Source: a virus (taxonomy: Duplodnaviria; Caudoviricetes). From it: a stretch of 44,413 nt of DNA. Positions 38,520 through 44,413 of this stretch are shown here, piece after piece (positions within the stretch are counted from its first letter, which is position 1; each line of letters opens with the position of its first letter). A model generated the notes under the pieces. That model was given only the letters and a program-made list of their open reading frames with translations. It was not told the DNA's origin and searched no databases. The translations under genes were made by a program, and so were the position numbers. The stretch covers positions 1-44,413 of IMG/VR virus record IMGVR_UViG_3300012971_000028. The stretch is one strand, 5' to 3'.

Positions 38520-39463
38520 CAGCGCAGTCCCAACTTGCCAGCACGCGCAAACGATTGCAGAGCACGCAGCACTGCTTCCCACCCACCCGGTGGTGTTGGT
38601 CTAGGACCAGCGAATGGCACACGCGGAGCAGCAGTTGGAGGCAACTCTGCTGGCGATACAGCACCAATCCTACGGTTGCCTAACAGATCAGGATTGACTG
38701 GATTGACATCACGCAGTGCCATCTCTTCAGCAGTTGGTGGGCCAATGAACTCTGGCGGTCCTGGTGGTGCCTGTGGTGGCGCGACGCCGGGGCCAAAGTT
38801 GGGACCAACAACTGGTGTGTCTCTACCAAACTGGCTGACAAGATAGCCAAGTCCACCAGCACCACCAGCCCCAGCAAGTGCCATCATTGTTGTTGGATCA
38901 AGCCCACGTGTAGCAGCCGCAGCCAACACATCAGCAGGCGTTTGCACACCACCAGGAGCCACACCACCACTACTCGGGTCTTGCTGTATAGCATTCTGCG
39001 TATCATACGATGTCTGTGGCTGCGTTGCCTTCTGCATTGAGCGTTCCATCGCATCGGGCGTAGCACTGGCATAGCCACTCGTTGGCGCCGCGCTCGTAGT
39101 TGGCTGTCCTTCTGTCTGCGTGCGTTGTCGTGCTGGTCGTTGCGGACCTTCTATTTGAGCAGAGGCATTGCCACGTTGGCCAACACCAGGGCCACCTTGT
39201 GCTGACCTATTGGCAGGATCATTGCCTTGGTCTGGCGGCGGTGGTTCATAATTGCGCAGTCCAGGTATCAGCGTCGGATCACGCGCATTCGCAGTCAGTG
39301 CCTCACGAACCGCATCACTGAACTTGGGATTGTTTGGCTGCATACCCTTGTTAGCAAGATACTGCATCACCAATGTAATTGGCGACTTGCCTTCAATCGT
39401 GTCCTCTTCAGTAACAGGTTGCGGATTGATACGGCTCGTGCCGCTGATAGGTGCCAGTACCAT
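38519..39463 (-). CDS. Low-complexity Pro/Gln/Ala-rich hypothetical protein
   Basis: GGAGG RBS; TGATG coupling at both ends. Confidence 0.75.
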   Translation of the reverse strand: MVLAPISGTSRINPQPVTEEDTIEGKSPITLVMQYLANKGMQPNNPKFSDAVREALTANARDPTLIPGLRNYEPPPPDQGNDPANRSAQGGPGVGQRGNASAQIEGPQRPARQRTQTEGQPTTSAAPTSGYASATPDAMERSMQKATQPQTSYDTQNAIQQDPSSGGVAPGGVQTPADVLAAAATRGLDPTTMMALAGAGGAGGLGYLVSQFGRDTPVVGPNFGPGVAPPQAPPGPPEFIGPPTAEEMALRDVNPVNPDLLGNRRIGAVSPAELPPTAAPRVPFAGPRPTPPGGWEAVLRALQSFARAGKLGLR

Positions 39464-39825
39464 CAGTATTGTCCTCCAGTGCTGCGGTGTCCCAGTATGG
39501 CATGAGCGATGCTCGTCGCCATTGCTGCGTGCACTGGGTCTGCGCCACCGCTATGAGTGTTTGGGGCTTGAGCAGGTGCGTGGGGCACGAAGCGGGGCAT
39601 TGAAGTGTCAGCAGGCATATGACTTGCTGGTGGCGTGTTCGCTGCGCCCTGCTGTGGAGGCGGTGCCGTCTGTGCGCGTTGAGTAGGTGCACGATTGCCC
39701 GGTCGCGCATCGATCTTCGTGTCCTGCGCGCTGCCTTCCTTGATGCCACGCTTCTTGTCACGTGCACGATCCGCAGGCGTCTCCTTCATTGCACTGCGTA
39801 TCTCAGGCCCATAGTTACTTGCCAT
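39463..39825 (-). CDS. Basic, probably disordered hypothetical protein
   Basis: AGGAG RBS; coupled to neighbours. Confidence 0.75.
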   Translation of the reverse strand: MASNYGPEIRSAMKETPADRARDKKRGIKEGSAQDTKIDARPGNRAPTQRAQTAPPPQQGAANTPPASHMPADTSMPRFVPHAPAQAPNTHSGGADPVHAAMATSIAHAILGHRSTGGQY

Positions 39826-40420
39826 CGTTATCTCCTGAGTGTCGCACTATGTAGTCACCTGGGCGTGTCCTCGGAATGTCGAACAGCTTGCGTTTGCTGA
39901 AGCCAGCCTCACCAGGGATGTCTGAGCTATATGGAGGCGACGAAGCCAGGGGCGCTCTTAGGTCGTCAAGTGGAATGCCCATTGGTGGATAGTTGGGCCT
40001 ACCCAGATACGCATTCGGATCAACGCCTGTCAGTTGATCCAACAACACGCCCATGTTCTGTTCTGCATTGGAGCCTTGGACATTCGCAGCAGGATTGAGT
40101 AGAATGTTGGCAATGTTGTCCAGATATGAGAAGCCGCCTTGTGGATTGGCCTGATCACCTTGTCTGATCATCTGTTGCAGCATGACTGACTTAGCAATCG
40201 CACGTGCATCAGGGTCAGGGATTGCATCCACACTGCCAACTGGCGGCTCAACAACCTTATGCTGCGGATGCGCGAACTCACTCTGTTTGTGCCCAGGCTC
40301 ATTCTTCTCTGGATAGCGCATCCGACCAGACGACGTGTCGAACCTGGACACTTCCTCGTCATCGACAGCCGCACTACTTGGCGGATCGTCACTAGGCGAC
40401 ACGCGAGGACGCTTGGCCAT
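39815..40420 (-). CDS. Pro-rich hypothetical protein
   Basis: GAGG RBS; tight operon packing. Confidence 0.75.
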   Translation of the reverse strand: MAKRPRVSPSDDPPSSAAVDDEEVSRFDTSSGRMRYPEKNEPGHKQSEFAHPQHKVVEPPVGSVDAIPDPDARAIAKSVMLQQMIRQGDQANPQGGFSYLDNIANILLNPAANVQGSNAEQNMGVLLDQLTGVDPNAYLGRPNYPPMGIPLDDLRAPLASSPPYSSDIPGEAGFSKRKLFDIPRTRPGDYIVRHSGDNDGK

Positions 40421-40429
40421 TAGCCTACC

Positions 40430-40975
40430 TCAACGGAACGGCAGATTGAGGCCACGACCACCACCGTTGCGTGACACATCGACAGGATACGTGCCCTGTC
40501 TTGGCACAGTTGGGTTCGGGAACGTGTGTGCCATTGGAAACACAGGACGCAGGAAGATACTACGCAATGCATCACGATCAGCAGCAGTAGAGTTGCGGCT
40601 GGCAAGCCCTGCATCCTCAATCGGACGCAGACCACCCACATCGTCACCAGCACTGACTGTCTGCGACGGTCCTCTGACACGCATATAGCTGTTGGCTGTG
40701 CCAGTCGGTGAGCTGGCACCAGCGGCCACACCAAGCAGATTGACCATCAACTGTCTCATTGCCAGATTGCGTGATCCTGTTTTGCGAAACACCTTGGCAA
40801 TTCGATCATCAGCATTCGTCTGTCCATTGAAGTAGACAGCGCCGGATGTCTGTCCGATCTGCACTGGCGTATTGCTAGAATTGGCCTGATCACCGAGCAC
40901 ATTGGTCCATCCAGTGAAGGCGATGCGTCCATCACGAGCCACACCCGTATTGATGTTAACACCATACGTCGGCAT
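40430..40975 (-). CDS. Hypothetical protein, first gene of the late cluster
   Basis: GGAG RBS before ATG 40975 (MPTYGVN...). Confidence 0.75.
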   Translation of the reverse strand: MPTYGVNINTGVARDGRIAFTGWTNVLGDQANSSNTPVQIGQTSGAVYFNGQTNADDRIAKVFRKTGSRNLAMRQLMVNLLGVAAGASSPTGTANSYMRVRGPSQTVSAGDDVGGLRPIEDAGLASRNSTAADRDALRSIFLRPVFPMAHTFPNPTVPRQGTYPVDVSRNGGGRGLNLPFR

Positions 40976-41095
40976 CTTCACGCTCCATGTGAGGGGGATT
41001 GATAGAGGCTGCCACATCAATGGGCTGTAATCAATAGACAATACAACATCTAGCACTAGATAATGAACCGACCCCTTCATATACACATGCATGAC

Positions 41096-41123
41096 TTGAC
41101 ATAGCACGCAACAATGCTATAAG
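41096..41123 (+). promoter_or_regulatory. Sigma70-like promoter
   Basis: TTGACA-16 nt-TATAAG with an extended -10 TG. Confidence 0.55.
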
Positions 41124-41333
41124 TGCAAACGGCGTGGCGACCAAGGTGCCCCGCACGCTTCCGTGGCATACGCTTGCACGTGTTTTTGGAAACGGCCGGG
41201 GAGGTGGGGGGCCTTGGCTTGATGCATGCATGCACATGCACGCTCGCATCACTACGCGTCTGTAGCACTCGCGTCGTGTAAGTAAGCAAGCACTATGTGA
41301 TGTAAGCATGCGCAAGTGTGCGCGCGCCAGAAC

Positions 41334-41390
41334 TCATGCACAGTCATGCACAGTCATGCACAGGCACAGTCATGCACAGTCCAGCATTCA
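41334..41390. repeat. Tandem 10-bp repeat TCATGCACAG
   Basis: Three adjacent copies at 41334-41363, a fourth at 41370-41379, and a degenerate copy after that. Confidence 0.9.
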
Positions 41391-41737
41391 TGCACACATG
41401 CGCACACTCGACCATTACGCAACCGGACACGACACGTGTCCGGCATATGCATGCAATGACACAATCAGTCATCACTCGGCCCATTATCTTGTATAGGCAA
41501 GTGCACACACACGTGTGTATACGCAATGCAATACGCTGTGCATCTACAATCTGTCTACACAATGGCGTCGTTGCGTATGTGAGCGACACGGCCGCTATGG
41601 CACCTAGGATGGCGCTGCGCTGGCACTTGCTGCTGGCCATGCTGCGACACGTGTCGATTGCTACGCCTCTGTAGCGCCAACCTACGGCCCGCAATGGCAG
41701 GGCATGTATACACAACGAACCGCTACACAACGGTCGT

Positions 41738-41766
41738 TTGACATACCCAACGCAACGGCGCACTAT
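41738..41766 (+). promoter_or_regulatory. Sigma70-like promoter for gene 41819
   Basis: TTGACA-17 nt-CACTAT. Confidence 0.55.
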
Positions 41767-41818
41767 GCTGACGGTTGCCAGCCAATGACGGCTTGGCACC
41801 ACTAGGAGTAGAGTTGAC

Positions 41819-43198
41819 ATGCAAGAGAACACTATCGACACAACGGCTACCGTTGTGACCATCGACAGCACTGCCGTTGAAGTGACAACGGCACTGTCCA
41901 CTGCAATCGTCCCCGTGCCTATCCAGCCGCTGGCAGTGATCGCCAGTGACACACCGCAGGCTGGTGACAACGGTGCACCCCCGGACGTGACGGCAGAGAC
42001 TGTCATGCTGTCCATTCGCAACGACATTGCGGAGTTCACGCAGCACACGAATGCCGCTGATCACGTGCTGCAACGCATGGCGTATCACATCCTCCAGCGA
42101 CACGCGCTCATGCAACAGGCCGGCAAGGTTGACTTCCCGCTTGGCTACCTCGCCACGTCCGATCTCGTGCGTAAGCCTTACTGGACTGGTCTGCTAGATG
42201 AGTTGTTTGGTGCGTGGCAGGACAAGAAAGATGCCAAGGCACCTGACCAGGTGCGCAGCTACATCGGCCGTGACACTTTCGTAAAGCGGTGTGGCCGCGC
42301 GTTCAACTTGGCCATGCTGCTGTCATGGGCACACGTGCCGATGACTGCGTTCGATCACGAGCGTGGACGTTGGAGCGTGCACCCGAAGTGGTTCGCACCA
42401 TACGGCTACGGACTGCCGTCTGAGCTTGTCATGACCAACGACGGCAAGCCTGTGACATCCGTCGTGCTTAGCGCCAACGACGCACGCCGTGGCTACTACA
42501 TCAATCGGCCCGGTCATGGTGGTCAGCCGATCAACTTGAGTATTGAACAGTTCCTGATGGCGACCGCTGATCTGGTCAAGGCATCGCTCGATCCCAACAA
42601 GCAAGTCGGCGAGGCGAACCCCGGCCGCCAAGCCAAGGCCGACAAGCTGGTGGCGGAAGCCAAGGCCAAGGCTGACAAGGCGAAGGCTGACGCGGAAGCG
42701 GAAGCGAAAGCCAATCGCGAGCGCACCGCAGCGTTGCAAGCTGGTCCGTCCGTGACCACGACGGCCACGCCTAGCAACGCAACGCCACCGTTGTCTGTGC
42801 CTACACCAGCGACACGCGAACCTGCCGCGCCAGGGTCAACGGATCGTAGCGCTGCCAACAAGGCGCAAGCGGAAGCGGATAGCCTAAAGGCTAGAGCCGA
42901 TGCTGCGCAGAACAAGGCAACGGAGATTGCCCAGACGGAAGCCGACAAGGTAGCCGCGCTCACACCGACGGAACTTGGTGAGCGCGTGCCAGAGGCAAAT
43001 CCGCAGCGCACATGGCTGATTGCTGAACTCACGCGACACTATGAGGCAATCGACAAGCTGCTGAACATGGATGTGGCACAATCCGTGGCATGGGCTGACT
43101 TGCCGCTGTCCTGCCAGAACGGCATGACCACCGGCGTTCTGTGGTTTGATAGGCGCAAGGGTGACATGCCTGAGGAAGCGAAGCCGGCGACGGCCTAG
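41819..43198 (+). CDS. Early hypothetical protein with Ala/Lys-rich coiled-coil and Pro/Thr linker
   Basis: AGGAG RBS, own promoter, hairpin directly after the stop. Confidence 0.85.
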   Translation: MQENTIDTTATVVTIDSTAVEVTTALSTAIVPVPIQPLAVIASDTPQAGDNGAPPDVTAETVMLSIRNDIAEFTQHTNAADHVLQRMAYHILQRHALMQQAGKVDFPLGYLATSDLVRKPYWTGLLDELFGAWQDKKDAKAPDQVRSYIGRDTFVKRCGRAFNLAMLLSWAHVPMTAFDHERGRWSVHPKWFAPYGYGLPSELVMTNDGKPVTSVVLSANDARRGYYINRPGHGGQPINLSIEQFLMATADLVKASLDPNKQVGEANPGRQAKADKLVAEAKAKADKAKADAEAEAKANRERTAALQAGPSVTTTATPSNATPPLSVPTPATREPAAPGSTDRSAANKAQAEADSLKARADAAQNKATEIAQTEADKVAALTPTELGERVPEANPQRTWLIAELTRHYEAIDKLLNMDVAQSVAWADLPLSCQNGMTTGVLWFDRRKGDMPEEAKPATA

Positions 43199-43206
43199 CC
43201 AAACGC

Positions 43207-43237
43207 AAGCCCATGCATCGCAAGGTGCATGGGCTTT
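43207..43237 (+). terminator. Terminator-like hairpin
   Basis: AAGCCCATGCATC-GCAA-GGTGCATGGGCTT followed by T. Confidence 0.65.
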
Positions 43238-43270
43238 GCCATATGCAACATACATGCAAGGAATGACCAA

Positions 43271-43576
43271 ATGACCAACGACATCGCCATACTGCGGCGC
43301 ATGATGGACATGACACCGGACGCACTGCGCACACTGTCACGTGCATACATGGCATGTGCATGCCATTGCGAGGCACGCGCTAACGAATTGTATAGCGCAC
43401 AGGACATGGCATGGCAGGACGGCAACGACGCGGAAGCCGACAGGCTGGGCGCTCAGGCTGACAAGTGGGTGGACAAACGCGACATGGCGTACACGCTAGG
43501 GTCAGTCATTGATCGCCTGATCCTTTTGAAGAGTGTCACCGACAAGCTGGCCAAGGGTGGCACCGTCATCCTGTAG
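43271..43576 (+). CDS. Early hypothetical helical protein
   Basis: AAGGA RBS before ATG 43271; terminator downstream. Confidence 0.75.
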   Translation: MTNDIAILRRMMDMTPDALRTLSRAYMACACHCEARANELYSAQDMAWQDGNDAEADRLGAQADKWVDKRDMAYTLGSVIDRLILLKSVTDKLAKGGTVIL

Positions 43577-43592
43577 CTAACGCCGCGTAGGC

Positions 43593-43630
43593 AAGGCCCC
43601 ATGCTGGCAACGGCATGGGGCCTTTGCTTT
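43593..43630 (+). terminator. Intrinsic terminator
   Basis: AAGGCCCCATGCTG-GCAA-CGGCATGGGGCCTT followed by TGCTTT. Confidence 0.75.
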
Positions 43631-43836
43631 GCCTACTGTATCGCGGCGAAGCCGCGCGGCTTTGCTTGCGGCGGCTTGCGATTGCATGCACATCAATGCA
43701 TCAACGCACACATGCATGCATCAATCAATGCATAGTGTGGCACATGCATACACGCACGCGTGCATAGTGATGCATGCGCATGCGTCGCACCTGCATGTAT
43801 GGTGTCGCACATCTGCATGTATGGTCGCGAACCCTA

Positions 43837-44048
43837 TGACGCGTCGCTTCGCGACGATGGGTGGCAACGGTGCAGCGCAACAGTCCACACGACTACGTGC
43901 CAGAGACGCTGAGACACTCAGAATAGAATAAGCAATCATTGCTAAGCCATTGATCATGCGGCATGCCGCATGCTGCATTCTTCTCGTTGCCAATGCAAGC
44001 CCCCGCTGAGCCAATGCAAGCCCCCGCTGACGCGTCGCTTCGCGACGA
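43837..44048. repeat. Dispersed exact 21-bp direct repeat TGACGCGTCGCTTCGCGACGA
   Basis: Copies at 43837-43857 and 44028-44048. Confidence 0.9.
43989..44030. repeat. Exact tandem 21-bp repeat GCCAATGCAAGCCCCCGCTGA x2
   Basis: Copies at 43989-44009 and 44010-44030. Confidence 0.95.
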
Positions 44049-44090
44049 CCCTCCAACCAGGACATGAGTCGTGTCCGCATACGCAACGAC

Positions 44091-44118
44091 TTGACACATC
44101 TGCAACCACTGGTATAAT
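44091..44118 (+). promoter_or_regulatory. Strong sigma70 consensus promoter
   Basis: TTGACA-16 nt-TATAAT with an extended -10 TG; AGGAGGT RBS shortly downstream. Confidence 0.85.
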
Positions 44119-44153
44119 AGCTTGTTGCTTTTGCAAACAAGGAGGTGTATGAC

Positions 44154-44285
44154 ATGTGCGGTCTACCAGCACTGCCAGGGTGGTGCGGCCCTATGACCAG
44201 TGAGGACATACTGAACTATGGTCTCATTGCCGCATTCCTAATTGCCTACTACTTGTTCTTGAGGTATGTGTGTGGACACAAATAG
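44154..44285 (+). CDS. 43-aa single-pass membrane peptide (MCGLPALPGWCGP...LIAAFLIAYYLFLRYVCGHK)
   Basis: Translated by hand; AGGAGGT RBS with GGAGG 8 nt before the ATG; one hydrophobic helix. Confidence 0.65.
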   Translation: MCGLPALPGWCGPMTSEDILNYGLIAAFLIAYYLFLRYVCGHK

Positions 44286-44413
44286 CCAACAGCGAATGCT
44301 GGAGGGCTTCGCACTCTACACACCGCGAAGCCTACGAGGCACCGGTCATGATGTGATCGATCCTGGCATCAATACACGACTGCGACGCATTGTCCGCGTG
44401 GAGAACGGATGGC
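44272..44413 (+). CDS. 5' part of a hypothetical protein continuing at position 1
   Basis: GAGG RBS before GTG 44272; frame open to the window end. Confidence 0.55.
   Translation, partial: MDTNSQQRMLEGFALYTPRSLRGTGHDVIDPGINTRLRRIVRVENGW

Larger units (their letters stand above)
1..44413. mobile_element. Tailed dsDNA bacteriophage genome, podovirus-like, probably complete and circularly permuted
   Basis: TerL, portal, scaffold, capsid, adaptor, nozzle and ejection genes on the - strand, a replication module on the + strand, no recognisable host housekeeping genes, and an ORF that continues across the window junction. Confidence 0.95.

Noticed and set aside
41031-42115. His/Cys/Met/Ala-rich ORFs in the divergent region (and similar ones at 43629-44209)
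   Set aside because: Their composition simply reflects R/Y-alternating DNA; no convincing RBS and they overlap promoters and repeats.
43837-44048. Mini CRISPR array
   Set aside because: Only two 21-bp copies, 170 bp apart; not a repeat-spacer period and no cas operon.
1-44413. tRNA genes, integrase/att site, stop-codon reassignment
   Set aside because: No cloverleaf or recombinase motifs noticed, and core genes are intact under the standard bacterial code.

Overview
The window looks like a complete or near-complete, circularly permuted genome of a tailed dsDNA phage with a podovirus-type gene set; one ORF reads in frame across the end-to-start junction. The + strand arm (about 41819-44413, continuing 1-12844) carries early and replication genes behind sigma70-like promoters: HAD hydrolase, DUF932-like protein, PD-(D/E)XK exonuclease, Sak4-like ATPase, SSB, RecD-like helicase, a UDG-PolA fusion polymerase and a DUF3987-like ATPase. 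The - strand arm (40975 down to 12837) is one dense morphogenesis cluster: TerS, TerL, portal, scaffold, major capsid, adaptor, nozzle, two fibres, two GNATs and ejection proteins. I could not recognise a primase, RNA polymerase, integrase, repressor, endolysin, tRNA or CRISPR array. The most unusual items are (1) a four-gene cassette splitting terS from terL with three diverged, translationally coupled paralogs, (2) a PolA with His at the 762-equivalent site fused to a degenerate family-4 UDG, (3) a non-coding region with three roughly 200-bp-spaced GCGAAGC mini-hairpins in a genome lacking a recognisable primase, and (4) an apparent genome-wide bias towards purine-pyrimidine alternation. All protein calls come from motifs and gene order read by eye; no database search or computation was run.
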